This document shows positions 17,592-27,439 of a stretch of DNA of 51,693 nt, one piece after another; within the stretch, counting starts at the first letter, position 1; each line of letters begins with the position of its first letter. The stretch is from an uncultured bacterium (GTDB taxonomy: Bacteria > UBP14 > UBA6098 > B30-G16): contig CBEVQY010000019.1 in assembly GCA_965552135.1 (NCBI GenBank), forward strand, positions 1 through 51,693, in the 5' to 3' direction. Under the pieces are notes generated by a model. The model was given only the letters and a program-made list of their open reading frames with translations, did no database searches and was not told the DNA's origin. The translations under genes and the position numbers were made by a program.

Positions 17592-18806
17592 ATGAATTCA
17601 AAGCCTCAGAAGCTCTGGAGTCTTTTGGTTCTCTTTGTTGGCTCTGCGGGGTTGCCGTTCACCCACATAGCGGGCTACGTTTCGTCGGCTTTGGCGCTGC
17701 CCGAGCTTTTCGCAAAGCGGTTCTGGAGCGCCCGAAAGCAGATCCTCGCCCCTCTTGTGCTCCTCCTGCTCTACTGGACCATCCGGGCGCTCTTCACTGC
17801 TCAGAGAGGGCTGGGGCTTCTGTCTGCGCTGAACATGTTTGCGAACACGCTTTTGCCCTTCGCCGCTGGCGCGGTGGCATCGCGGATATCCCGCAGCGCC
17901 GTCTTGAAGATATATGCCGCCGCCACGGGCGCCATCGTCGCTGCGGGCGTGCTTGCCGCAGCGGGGATCCTGCCGCGCGCGCCGCTCGGACAGCGCCTGT
18001 GGGATGAAGGGATACTCTGGGGCTTCCACCACCACAACGACCTCGCGGGAAACCTTATTCTGTGCCTGCCCGCAACATTCGCTCTGGGCGGGGCGTGGCG
18101 ACCCGTCGCACTGCCAATCCTTGTGGGATTCGTCCTTACAGGCTCGAGGGGATACCTCATAGCCTTCCCCGTCGTGGTTGTTGGCGTCGTCGCCACGGTC
18201 TACAGGTCAAGGCGCGGGATGCTTTTGGCGGCGGCAGCGATCGCCTTGGCGGCGGCGGCAACCCTCGCACTCCCCGGAACGCGCGCAAGGGTGAAGAAAA
18301 CCTTCGCGGAGGACGGCGCCGTCATCGCGCGGATAAACCTACTTAGGATGACGACCTGGGCGCTTTCGGAAAATCCGGTCTTCGGCATAGGTCCCGGTCA
18401 GCTTTGGGCTCGAACCGACTACGTAGCGCGGGCGCGACGGGAGGGCATGTTCATCGACGCGAAAAGCGGACACATAAAGCACCTGCACAACGCCTACGCA
18501 ACCGTGCTTGCCGAAGGAGGTTTTGTGGCTCTGGCGCTCTTTGCATGGACGCTTTTTGCGGTCTGCAAGGCTCTGCTTCGCGGGGATAGGCTCGCCAAGG
18601 CGCTTGGATGGGGAGTTATCGGCTTTCTGGTGGGCAATCTCTTCGACGCACAGCTTCTGGGACCATCGGGCGCCATGGACCTCTTCTTCCTCGCGGGAAC
18701 CACAACAAAGCCCAAAACGCAAAAGGAAAAATGGCGCGAAAAATCGACAAAAACGTCGTCTTCCTCGGGTTCACAAGCTTCTTCAACGACTGGTCGAGCG
18801 AGATGA
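17592..18806 (+). CDS. O-antigen ligase (Wzy_C) family membrane protein
   Basis: Multi-TM; HHNDLAG, LTGSRG, R..L......ENPVFGIGPG, HLHNAY..VLAEGG. Confidence 0.82.
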   Translation: MNSKPQKLWSLLVLFVGSAGLPFTHIAGYVSSALALPELFAKRFWSARKQILAPLVLLLLYWTIRALFTAQRGLGLLSALNMFANTLLPFAAGAVASRISRSAVLKIYAAATGAIVAAGVLAAAGILPRAPLGQRLWDEGILWGFHHHNDLAGNLILCLPATFALGGAWRPVALPILVGFVLTGSRGYLIAFPVVVVGVVATVYRSRRGMLLAAAAIALAAAATLALPGTRARVKKTFAEDGAVIARINLLRMTTWALSENPVFGIGPGQLWARTDYVARARREGMFIDAKSGHIKHLHNAYATVLAEGGFVALALFAWTLFAVCKALLRGDRLAKALGWGVIGFLVGNLFDAQLLGPSGAMDLFFLAGTTTKPKTQKEKWREKSTKTSSSSGSQASSTTGRAR

Positions 18807-19906
18807 TCTTCCCCATCCTCCCCACCTTCATGTCCGAGGTTCTGGGCATCCCGAAGACGCTTATCGGCGTAATAGACGGCGTTGCGGAAAGCGTGGCGTC
18901 GCTTCTTAAGTTCGCTTCGGGCTTTTTGTCCGACAGGCTCGGTGTGCGCAAGCCGATAGCCGTTTTGGGGTATTTGCTTTCGACGCTTGTCAAGCCGCTT
19001 TTGGCTTTGGCGCGCGGGTGGGGGCTTGTCTTTTTCGTCCGCGTTGCCGACAGAGTGGGCAAGGGCATCCGCACCGCGCCCCGCGATGCGCTTATAGCCT
19101 CGTCGTCGGTCAAGTCGACCCGGGGGCGCGCCTTCGGTCTCCACAGAGCCCTCGACACCGCCGGTGCCTTCGTGGGAACGCTAAGCGCATTCGCCGTCAT
19201 GAGCTTCGCCCAAAGGATGCCATACCGAACCGCCTTCGTTCTGGCTGCGCTGCCCGCCGCCGTGGGGCTTGGGTTCATCGTCTTCGGTGCGCACGAAAGG
19301 ACGGCGCCAAGCACAGCGCAAAAGGCGAAGATAAGCTGGAGGGCTGTTCCCAGCGAGCTTAAGGTGGTTATAGCCGCGTCGATGGTGTTTGCGCTGGGGG
19401 CGTTCACGTTCACCTTCTTCATCCTGCGGGCACGGGACATGGGGGTTCCCGCGCCGATGCTGCCACTCACCTACCTCGTCTACAACGCGACCTACCTTGC
19501 AGGCGCATACCCGGCGGGAGCACTTTCGGACAGGCTGGGCAAACGCAGGGTCCTCTCGGCGGGATACGGCGTTTTCGCGGCTACGGCGCTGGGGTTCGCG
19601 CTCCTTTCGTCGCCCATGTGGGCTTGGCTTTTGATGGGGCTTTACGGCTTCCACAAGGCGCTTGTCGACGGCGTTGCGCGAGCCCTGGTCAGCGACATCG
19701 CAAAGCCCGAGGCAAAAGGCTCGGCGCTGGGGATGTATCACACGGGCGTTGGGCTTATGCAGTTTCCCTCGGCTGTCCTTGCCGGCGCGCTCTGGGACGC
19801 CATCTCGCCACGCGCCGTCTTCGTCGCAGGCGCCGCCATAGCTGCCGCTGCACTCGCTCTGCTCAACTATCCCTTTGACACGAAAACGTCATCGATTAAA
19901 TTTTGA
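18731..19906 (+). CDS. MFS transporter
   Basis: Start MARKIDKNV (ATG 18731); SFFNDWSSEMI, G.LSDRLG.RK, DRVGKGIRTAPRDALI, GRAFGLHRALDTAGA. Confidence 0.93.
   Translation: MARKIDKNVVFLGFTSFFNDWSSEMIFPILPTFMSEVLGIPKTLIGVIDGVAESVASLLKFASGFLSDRLGVRKPIAVLGYLLSTLVKPLLALARGWGLVFFVRVADRVGKGIRTAPRDALIASSSVKSTRGRAFGLHRALDTAGAFVGTLSAFAVMSFAQRMPYRTAFVLAALPAAVGLGFIVFGAHERTAPSTAQKAKISWRAVPSELKVVIAASMVFALGAFTFTFFILRARDMGVPAPMLPLTYLVYNATYLAGAYPAGALSDRLGKRRVLSAGYGVFAATALGFALLSSPMWAWLLMGLYGFHKALVDGVARALVSDIAKPEAKGSALGMYHTGVGLMQFPSAVLAGALWDAISPRAVFVAGAAIAAAALALLNYPFDTKTSSIKF
19875..19902 (+). promoter_or_regulatory. Sigma70-type promoter of etfBA
   Basis: TTGACA-16 nt-TAAATT inside the MFS 3' end; SD GGAGG before ATG 19938. 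Confidence 0.55.
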
Positions 19907-19937
19907 CCGAACCGGGCGACAAGCGGGGAGGTATTTG

Positions 19938-20699
19938 ATGAACAGCATTGTGTGCATCAAACGTGTTCCCGACACCGCCGAGGCAACCCTCAGGATCGAC
20001 CCGAGCGGGAAGCGGATCGTGGAGGAGAACCTCGCCTTCGAGATCAACGAGGCAGACAACTACGCCCTCGAGCAGGCGCTGCTTTTGCAGGAGGAGTTCG
20101 GGGGCGAGGTGACGGTTATCTCGGTGGGTCCGCCGCAGGCGGATGAGATCATAAGGATGGCGCTCGCCAAAGGCGCCACAAGGGGCGTCAGGATAACCCC
20201 CGAAAACCTCGACGACCTCGACCCCTACACGATAGCATCCCTCATCGCCGAAGAGGCGAAGAAGACCGAGTTCGATCTTATCTTTACGGGCTGCCAGGCG
20301 AGCGACGACGGCTTCAGCCAGGTCGGTGTCCTTCTGGCGGAGATTTTGGGGATAAACCACATAACGATGGCGGTTGAGATGGAGGCGGGCGAGGACTCGG
20401 CAAAGATAAGCCGCGAGCTTGAAGGGGGTCTGCTCGCACAGTACGAAATCGAATACCCCGCCGTCATCACCATCCAGACGGGGATAAACGAGCCGCGCTA
20501 CGCCTCGATTTTGGGCATAAAGCGCGCCGCGCAAAAGGAGCTTAACGTCATCGAGCCCGGGGAGGTTGGCGGGCAGCGCGTCAAACTCGAAAAGCTATAC
20601 TTCCCACCCCCCGGCGAGCGCGCCGAGATAATCGAAGGAAGCCCCGAAGAAGTCGCCGAAAAGGTCGCCGAAATTCTCAAGAACAAAGGACTGCTTTGA
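19938..20699 (+). CDS. etfB: Electron transfer flavoprotein beta subunit
   Basis: IVCIKRVPD, INEADNYALE.AL, G.QASD, RELEGG, NEPRY. Confidence 0.95.
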   Translation: MNSIVCIKRVPDTAEATLRIDPSGKRIVEENLAFEINEADNYALEQALLLQEEFGGEVTVISVGPPQADEIIRMALAKGATRGVRITPENLDDLDPYTIASLIAEEAKKTEFDLIFTGCQASDDGFSQVGVLLAEILGINHITMAVEMEAGEDSAKISRELEGGLLAQYEIEYPAVITIQTGINEPRYASILGIKRAAQKELNVIEPGEVGGQRVKLEKLYFPPPGERAEIIEGSPEEVAEKVAEILKNKGLL

Positions 20700-20716
20700 T
20701 ACAACAGGAGGGAAAA

Positions 20717-21694
20717 ATGGGAAGGGACGTTTTCGCCATAGTCGAGCATCGTCGCGGTCAGGCAAGGGACGTGACCTTCGAGATCCTCACCAAGGCGCGA
20801 GATATCGCGTCCCAGACCGGCGGGAAGGCATACGCCGTCCTGCTGGGATCAAACGCAGAGCCGATAATCGAGCAGATAAAGCCCTACGCCGAAAGGATAA
20901 TCTACATCGAGAACGAAAAGCTTGCCAGCTTCCACTCCGAGTACTACCAGGAGGCGCTTTCGTCACTAATACGTGAGAGGCAGCCTTTCTTGGTTTTGTT
21001 CGGGCACACCTCTGCCTCGTACGACCTTGTTCCCGCGCTTGCTGCATCGCTGGAGATGCCGCTTATCACAGGCTGCACCGACTTCAGGGTCGAGGGGGAC
21101 AGAGTCTACTCCACAAACCCCGTTTACGGCGGTAAGCTCAACGCGGAGTACTCCTTCGACGCCAGCGGGGGCGGCATAGTTGCGATCCTTCCGGGCTCCG
21201 TGCCGCCCCAGCAGGTAAGCGCCGATGTAGACGTCGAGAAGGTCGACTTCAAGTTCGAAAAGGAGTTTGAGGGCAAAAGGTTCCTTCAGTTCATCGAGGC
21301 TGCCGCAGGCGAAATAGACATCACACAGGCGGAGAAGATCGTGGCGGTCGGCAGAGGCATCAAGGAGGAGGAGAACCTCGAGCTTGTGAAGGATTTTGCC
21401 GACGCCATAGGCGCCGTTTTAGCCTGCACAAGACCTATAGTCGATGCGGGCTGGCTGCCCAAGGAGAGACAGGTGGGGTCGTCGGGGAAAACGGTGAAGC
21501 CAAAGCTCTACATAGCCCTTGGGATAAGCGGCGCCTTCCAGCACGTGATGGGGATGAAGGGATCGGACGTAATCATCGCGGTCAACAAAGACCCCAACGC
21601 CCCAATATTCAACGTTGCGCACTACGGCATAGTCGACGACCTGTTCAAGGTGGTTCCGGCGCTTAAACAAAAGATACTGGAGCTTAAGGGCTGA
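20717..21694 (+). CDS. etfA: Electron transfer flavoprotein alpha subunit
   Basis: IVAVGRG, TRPIVDAGW, QVGSSGKTV.PKLYIA.GISGA.QH..GM, AVNKDPNAPIF. Confidence 0.96.
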   Translation: MGRDVFAIVEHRRGQARDVTFEILTKARDIASQTGGKAYAVLLGSNAEPIIEQIKPYAERIIYIENEKLASFHSEYYQEALSSLIRERQPFLVLFGHTSASYDLVPALAASLEMPLITGCTDFRVEGDRVYSTNPVYGGKLNAEYSFDASGGGIVAILPGSVPPQQVSADVDVEKVDFKFEKEFEGKRFLQFIEAAAGEIDITQAEKIVAVGRGIKEEENLELVKDFADAIGAVLACTRPIVDAGWLPKERQVGSSGKTVKPKLYIALGISGAFQHVMGMKGSDVIIAVNKDPNAPIFNVAHYGIVDDLFKVVPALKQKILELKG

Positions 21695-21740
21695 CGGCAG
21701 AAGGCGCGGGCACATAGGCGCCCTGCCCGGCGGGATCGAC

Positions 21741-23018
21741 ATGGCACGGCTTTCGATAACTCTTCTCCTTTTGGGCGCGCTTTTCGGCGGGCAACGCGAA
21801 ACCACGCTGCTTTATCCACCCTTCGTGCACAGCTGGGGCATCCACCGCGGAACGGAGAGGGAGCTCGATATGCTCCTCGACAACCAAACCGACTTCGACA
21901 ACCCGCAGGGACTTGCGGTGACGAAGCTCATAAGCTGGGACGATCCCAACGACCCCGACGACGACGCGGAGGTCACCGTCTTCGGCGTGAACTCGGGAAG
22001 GGGCGAGATCATATACAACACGTCGATGTACACCCTTGGTCTTTACGGGCGCAGGGGCAGCGGCAAAGGCGAGTTCTTAAACCCCCACGGCATATGCGCA
22101 ACGCCCGAGGGCGACGTCTACGTGGTCGACACCGGAAACCACCGAATAGTGCACCTGCACATCCCAAAAACGCGGCTTCGGTGGATAAAGACCTTCGGCG
22201 AAACGCTTTTGGTACATCCGTTCGACGTAGCCTACACGCCCGATGGTCTGCTCTACGTCACCGACGCGGACAGGAACTCAGTTGTGGTGTTCGACACCTC
22301 CGGCAACTTCGTCGCCGAATTTGGGGGTCTTATCTCGCCCCGGGGGATAGACGTCGACGCCGACTGCATGCGCTGGTCGGCGTACAGGAGGAACTTCATC
22401 GTCGTTGCTGACTCGGGCGGCAAAAGGCTCATCAAACTCGACAGGCGAACCGGCGCTACCCTGGGGAGCGTGAGCCTTCCCGAGCTGGGCATTCCAAACG
22501 CCGACGTACAGTACATCGCCCTCGACTACCTCGACAACGTCTACGCCGTCGATTCGGTGCGGTGCCAGGTGCACAAGTTCGACAAGGACTTAAACTACCT
22601 CGTCTCCGTTGGCGAGTGCGGCGAGGGCGAGGAGAAGTTCGATCGCCCCCGCGGAATAGCCATCTGGCGCCGCTTCGGTCAGATATTCATCTCTGAGCGA
22701 ACAGGCGCCCAGTACTTCTGGGTCGGCGTCGACGTCCACAACCTGAAAGTCGAAACGGACAAAGAGCGCGGCGAGATCAAACTCTCGTTCCTGCTCACTG
22801 AGGAAGCCTACGTCGCGCCCCTGCTCAAGCGCAAGGGAAAGGAATGGAAGCTTTGGCACAAGCGCAAGTTCAGGCTAAAATGCGGGGAGAGGACCCTTAC
22901 GCTTAAGCTTCCGGAAGACCTTCCGCCGGGCAAGTATAAGCTCGAGATCACGTTCGAAGCCACCTACAGCTCAAAGGGGCACTTCGCCAAAAGGATAACC
23001 CGCACGATACGACTTTGA
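21741..23018 (+). CDS. Exported NHL-repeat (beta-propeller) protein with C-terminal Ig-like domain
   Basis: Signal peptide; FDNPQGLAV, FLNPHGI...DVYVVDTGNHRI, PFDVA...LYVTD, FDRPRGIAI. Confidence 0.85.
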   Translation: MARLSITLLLLGALFGGQRETTLLYPPFVHSWGIHRGTERELDMLLDNQTDFDNPQGLAVTKLISWDDPNDPDDDAEVTVFGVNSGRGEIIYNTSMYTLGLYGRRGSGKGEFLNPHGICATPEGDVYVVDTGNHRIVHLHIPKTRLRWIKTFGETLLVHPFDVAYTPDGLLYVTDADRNSVVVFDTSGNFVAEFGGLISPRGIDVDADCMRWSAYRRNFIVVADSGGKRLIKLDRRTGATLGSVSLPELGIPNADVQYIALDYLDNVYAVDSVRCQVHKFDKDLNYLVSVGECGEGEEKFDRPRGIAIWRRFGQIFISERTGAQYFWVGVDVHNLKVETDKERGEIKLSFLLTEEAYVAPLLKRKGKEWKLWHKRKFRLKCGERTLTLKLPEDLPPGKYKLEITFEATYSSKGHFAKRITRTIRL

Positions 23019-23025
23019 GTTTGCC

Positions 23026-24384
23026 ATGGCGTCCTTGGGCGAAAAGATCGAGCTTTTCGCCGAAAAGCTCGTCTACGGTGGGACCGCAATAGCCCACAGC
23101 GAGGGCAAGACCTTCTTCGTCTACGGTGCCCTGCCGGGCGAGCGGGTTTTGGCGGAGGTTTTGGGCAAGCGGAAAGGCGTGTGGTTCTGCGAGACAGTGG
23201 AGGTTTTGGGCGAGCCCTCCGAGGCGCGCACAAAACCGCAGTGCCCTCACTTCGGAGCGTGCGGCGGATGCACCTGGCAGCACATCGAATACCAACACCA
23301 GCTCAGGTTCAAAAAGGAAATCCTTGCCGAAACGCTCCAGAGGATCGGGAAATTTGCCGGCTTCGCCCCCGAAGAGGTCATCCCCTCGCCCCTGCAGTGG
23401 GGATACAGGAACAAGATGGAGTTTACCTTTGGCAAGGGCGAATCCGGCGTCTTCATCGGGCTCCACAGGCGCGGAAGCTTCAGGGAGCTTTTGCCCGTGG
23501 CGAAGGACTGTCTTCTGGTGGGCGAAGAGGTGAGGTCTGTCTGCGCCGCCGTGGAGGAGATGTCACAGGGCGAAGCACCATACGACCCCATCGCCAAAAC
23601 GGGCTACCTGAGGTTCCTCACGGTGCGCAAAAGCTGGTTCGAGAAAAAGCTTACCCTGGGCATAACGGTGACCCAGCGCACGCAAACCGACGTGTTCGGC
23701 TTCTGGTTCGAGGAGCTTGGGAGACGTTTTCCGAACCTTATTGCAGGCGGCTACGTCGTCCTAAACCCTGCGGGAAGCAGCTCCCAGGGCGAAGTGATAG
23801 CCACCTTCGGCGAAACACAGCTCAAGGAGCGGCTCGGGGAGAAGGAATACATTGTCTCGGCTATGTCGTTCTTCCAGACCAATCCGCTTGGCGCCAAGGC
23901 GCTTTACGATGTTGTCCGCAGCGCGGCAGGAAGCGGAGACACCGCCTGGGACCTGTACTGCGGCATAGGCGCCATAGGGATCTACATAGCCGACGGGTTC
24001 AACACGGTGCTTGGCGTTGAGTTCGACGAAGCGGCGGTGGAGCTTGCGCGCAGGAACGCCCAGCTCAACGGCATCGCGTCGGCGAAGTTCGTGGCCGGGG
24101 ACGTCAAGAAGGTGCTCTGGGAGCTTCGCGAAAGCGGCTCACCGCGCCCAGACGTCGTCGTCGTCGACCCGCCAAGGGCGGGCGTCCCCAAAAAGGCGAT
24201 CGAAAGACTTATGGGGTTCTCGCCGCCCAGGATCATATACGTCTCGTGCAACCCAACAACGCTTGCCCGAGACTGTAACCTCATCGCGCAGCAGGGATAC
24301 AGACTCACCTCCGTCCAGCCAGTGGACATGTTCCCGCAGACGTATCACATCGAGTCGGTTGCCGTCCTTGAGAGGGAAAAATAA
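23026..24384 (+). CDS. rlmD: 23S rRNA (uracil-5)-methyltransferase RlmD/RumA family
   Basis: TRAM N-terminus, CPHFGACGGC, YRNKMEF, SFFQTN, DLYCGIG, DPPRAG, YVSCNP.TLARD, DMFPQT.HIE. Confidence 0.93.
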   Translation: MASLGEKIELFAEKLVYGGTAIAHSEGKTFFVYGALPGERVLAEVLGKRKGVWFCETVEVLGEPSEARTKPQCPHFGACGGCTWQHIEYQHQLRFKKEILAETLQRIGKFAGFAPEEVIPSPLQWGYRNKMEFTFGKGESGVFIGLHRRGSFRELLPVAKDCLLVGEEVRSVCAAVEEMSQGEAPYDPIAKTGYLRFLTVRKSWFEKKLTLGITVTQRTQTDVFGFWFEELGRRFPNLIAGGYVVLNPAGSSSQGEVIATFGETQLKERLGEKEYIVSAMSFFQTNPLGAKALYDVVRSAAGSGDTAWDLYCGIGAIGIYIADGFNTVLGVEFDEAAVELARRNAQLNGIASAKFVAGDVKKVLWELRESGSPRPDVVVVDPPRAGVPKKAIERLMGFSPPRIIYVSCNPTTLARDCNLIAQQGYRLTSVQPVDMFPQTYHIESVAVLEREK

Positions 24385-24388
24385 AAAG

Positions 24389-24461
24389 TGCTGGGGGGCA
24401 GAATCGAACTGCCGACACCAGGATTTTCAGTCCTGTGCTCTACCAACTGAGCTACCCCAGC
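24389..24461 (-). tRNA. tRNA-Phe (GAA), CCA not encoded
   Basis: GCTGGGG TA GCTC AGTTGGTA GAGC A CAGGA CTGAAAA TCCTG GTGTC GGCAG TTCGATT CTGCC CCCCAGC A; all stems pair; followed by CTTTT rather than CCA. Confidence 0.97.
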
Positions 24462-24470
24462 CCGCATATC

Positions 24471-24499
24471 TATATAAACACCTCCGACCTTTTTCGCAA
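24471..24499 (-). promoter_or_regulatory. Sigma70-type promoter of tRNA-Phe
   Basis: TTGCGA-17 nt-TATATA, 9 nt upstream of the mature 5' end. Confidence 0.5.
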
Positions 24500-24566
24500 G
24501 AGTTTTTTGATGTCCCACAAAAGTTCTTGCGGAATCGGGCGCCAAGTGCATTTTAAGTAGATAGCT

Positions 24567-25268
24567 ATGGGGCTGAAGAGGGTTTTGGAAATAGTTGCTG
24601 CGGCTTTGCTTCTTGTGTTGGCGTTGCCGTTTTTCCTTTTGGCTGTTTTGCTTGTGCAGCTCGACTCGCCGGGACCGATCATCTTCAAGCAGGAGCGCGT
24701 TGGCAAAGACGGCAGGCGGTTTTTCCTCTACAAGCTTCGGACGATGAAGAGGGGCGCCAACGGCTCCTTCCCGCCGCACACGCAGGTGGACGACCCGCGG
24801 TTCTCGCCGCTTTGCAGGCTCATCAGAGCCACGTGCGTCGACGAAGTCCCGCAGCTTTGGAACATCATAAAGGGCGATATGTGCTTCGTGGGTCCTCGAC
24901 CGGAGCTCCCTCAGATCGTTGCCACCTACACCGACGACCAAAAGCCTGTGCTTCGGTATAAGCCCGGGCTTATGGGCATATCGCAGCTCGTTTTGAGGGA
25001 GGGGGTCGACTACCGCAAAAAGCTCGTCATCGAGAACGCCTACTACCCCCGTCGAACGCTCCTCAAGGACGCGCTCATCGTCCTTCTGACGCCCCTCGTC
25101 CTTTTCGACCACACTCTGGGCAAGGTCCTTCCGTTTTGGCGCCGCAGGAACGAATACACCGACGCCTTCTGGTTCAAATTTCTGCTTGGCGTAAACGGTG
25201 GTGATCCGCTCCACGCCTCCCAGGAACGCACGGCAAGTCTACACAGCGCCGCCCAAAGCGATAGATGA
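24567..25268 (+). CDS. Monotopic phosphoglycosyl transferase (Bac_transf; PglC/WcaJ-like initiating sugar transferase)
   Basis: LKRVLEI, DSPGPIIFKQERVG, YKLRTM, DEVPQLWN..KGDM..VGPRPE, KPGL.G..Q. Confidence 0.92.
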   Translation: MGLKRVLEIVAAALLLVLALPFFLLAVLLVQLDSPGPIIFKQERVGKDGRRFFLYKLRTMKRGANGSFPPHTQVDDPRFSPLCRLIRATCVDEVPQLWNIIKGDMCFVGPRPELPQIVATYTDDQKPVLRYKPGLMGISQLVLREGVDYRKKLVIENAYYPRRTLLKDALIVLLTPLVLFDHTLGKVLPFWRRRNEYTDAFWFKFLLGVNGGDPLHASQERTASLHSAAQSDR

Positions 25269-27418
25269 AAAGCTTTGTCCACATAGTCTTCCGCGATCCG
25301 CACAGGCTTGCGCTCTTTCTCGCCCTGGTCTTCGGCGCCGCTGCCGCCATCCTCACATACAGATCAACCGACCCGCCAACACCCCCCCTCCGAAGGACCG
25401 TCATGGCGATTCTGAGGTTTATTGCCATAGCTGGGGTTGTGTTTATGCTCGCTGATCCCATACTCGTCGCGCAGAGGGTTGAGGAAATCGTCCCGTCGGT
25501 GGCGCTCCTCGTGGACGACAGCAAGAGCATGAGCCTGACCGATCGCCTCGGCAGCCGAAGCGCGATAACGAAGGACCTCCTTTCGTCAAAGCCGCTTGGG
25601 GAGCTTGGCGCCAGGTACAGGGTCTTTCGCTTCCTTTTCGCCGAAAGCCTGTATAGTTGGCGCGAGCCTGCTTTCTCGGGCGCTGCAACGGCGCTTGGGG
25701 ATGCCTTAAGCGAGCTTTTGGACACAGCCTGCGCCTGCGACATAGGCGCAGCGATCGTCCTAAGCGACGGTCAAAGCAACACGGGCGCCGATCCCGTTGC
25801 CGTCGCGGCGTCGTGCCCGTTCCCGATATACACGGTTGGCATCGGCGATCCCAACCCCGCGCCAGACGTCGCCGTCGCGCAGATCGTGACGAACAAAATC
25901 ACCTACGCAAACGAACCGACCCCCATAATCGCCCACATCAGAGCCTGGCGAGTTGGCGGGAGGAAGGGGATCGTCTCCCTCTGGGAGGGCTCGAAGAAGC
26001 TTTCTGAGGCGCGCGTGGAGCTTCCGCAGGCGGGGCAAACCGTGCCCGTGAAGTTCACCGTAACCCCGGATGCGCCTGGGATTCACTACTACACCGTCCG
26101 CGTCCCGAAGCTTGAGGGTGAGATATCGTCGGCAAACAACGCGCAATCGGTGGCAATAAAGGTTTTGCCCTCGCGCAAGCGCGTTCTTCTGGCGTGTGAT
26201 CACCCATCGTGGGAGGTGGCTTTCTGGCGGCGAGCAATAGCCTCGGACCCGCACATATCGCTGGAGGTTTTCGTCTCCAAGGGCGGCGGCGACGCAAAAC
26301 TTTCGCGATTCCCAAAGGATACGGCAGCACTTATGCGCTACGACGCCGTTGTGCTCATACACTCCACGCCGATGCTCACGCCGGATGCCGCCTCCGCCAT
26401 CGCCGACTACGTCCGCCAGGGCGGTTCCCTGCTCCTTTTGCTCGACGACCGAAAGCTCCCGCAAACGATCCTCGAGACGCTGTCGCAGGTGCTTCCCGTA
26501 AACTTCCCGCAGGGGGGTGCGTTTGTTGCGGATGAGTTTGCGCCCGTCGTGTCGCCCGAGGGCTTCGTGCACCCCGTTATGCGCGTAACAAGCCCCGGCG
26601 AAGACCTCGCGGACGCCATATCGGGCATGCCGCCGTTTGCGGGATATGTCCCCTCGGAGGCGAAGCCGGAGTCGAAGGTGCTTTTGGCGCACCCCGAGAA
26701 CAACTATCCCGTTCTCGCTGTGGCGGACCTTGGTGCGGGCAGGAGCGCCGTCATCTGCGCCGCGCCAACGTGGAAGTGGGCGTTTTTACCTTTTGGCTTT
26801 GGCGGCGACGACCATATTTTCAAAAAACTCGTGGCTAACCTAATGCAATACCTTCTTGCGAAAGAGAGAATCTCCAGATTCGTCCTTCGGGCGGGCAAGC
26901 GCGTTTACCGCAGCGGTGAGCCGATTCTCATAAGCGCGACCCTGCGCAACGAAAGCAACGAACCCCTCTCTGGTGCGCAGATATCGGTGGAGGTTCAGAA
27001 GGAGGGCGGCGACTCGACGGAGCGCTTCGCCTTGGAGATGACCGAGGTCGGCGCAGGGATATACGAGGTCAGGCTCCCATCCCTGGCGCCCGGGAAGTAC
27101 GTCATATCGGGCGGGGCGAGCCACATGGGCAAGCGCATCGGCTCGGCTAAAACGAGCATCGTCGTCGAGGAGTTCGAGCTCGAGTTCGCACAAACGAACC
27201 AGGACAAGGTAACGCTCGAGGCGATAGCCGAGGCTTCGGGCGGGAGGTACCTTTCCGCCCAGGGGATCGACTCGCTGCCCGATGTGGTGAAGCTTTCGCC
27301 CCGGCTGCGCTCGGAGCGAACCGAAAAGGAACTCTGGTCGTCGCCCTGGATCATGGCGGCGGTTGTGCTCGCGCTTGCGGCGGAGTGGTTCCTGCGCAAA
27401 AGAGCAAACCTGCTCTGA
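25265..27418 (+). CDS. Membrane-anchored VWA + Ig + GATase-like domain protein
   Basis: N-terminal TMs, MIDAS LVDDSKSM, VLSDGQSN, P.YTVGIG, YVRQGG.LL, C-terminal TM with EWFLRK. Confidence 0.78.
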   Translation: MKSFVHIVFRDPHRLALFLALVFGAAAAILTYRSTDPPTPPLRRTVMAILRFIAIAGVVFMLADPILVAQRVEEIVPSVALLVDDSKSMSLTDRLGSRSAITKDLLSSKPLGELGARYRVFRFLFAESLYSWREPAFSGAATALGDALSELLDTACACDIGAAIVLSDGQSNTGADPVAVAASCPFPIYTVGIGDPNPAPDVAVAQIVTNKITYANEPTPIIAHIRAWRVGGRKGIVSLWEGSKKLSEARVELPQAGQTVPVKFTVTPDAPGIHYYTVRVPKLEGEISSANNAQSVAIKVLPSRKRVLLACDHPSWEVAFWRRAIASDPHISLEVFVSKGGGDAKLSRFPKDTAALMRYDAVVLIHSTPMLTPDAASAIADYVRQGGSLLLLLDDRKLPQTILETLSQVLPVNFPQGGAFVADEFAPVVSPEGFVHPVMRVTSPGEDLADAISGMPPFAGYVPSEAKPESKVLLAHPENNYPVLAVADLGAGRSAVICAAPTWKWAFLPFGFGGDDHIFKKLVANLMQYLLAKERISRFVLRAGKRVYRSGEPILISATLRNESNEPLSGAQISVEVQKEGGDSTERFALEMTEVGAGIYEVRLPSLAPGKYVISGGASHMGKRIGSAKTSIVVEEFELEFAQTNQDKVTLEAIAEASGGRYLSAQGIDSLPDVVKLSPRLRSERTEKELWSSPWIMAAVVLALAAEWFLRKRANLL

Positions 27419-27439
27419 CACGTAGACGGAGGACAAAAG

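Noticed and set aside
21695..21740. Hairpin CGGGCA...TGCCCG after etfA as a terminator
   Set aside because: Short stem, long loop and no U-tract; insufficient support.
24385..24566. Genomic island integrated at tRNA-Phe
   Set aside because: No integrase, no duplicated tRNA 3' end, and no composition change on the flanks.
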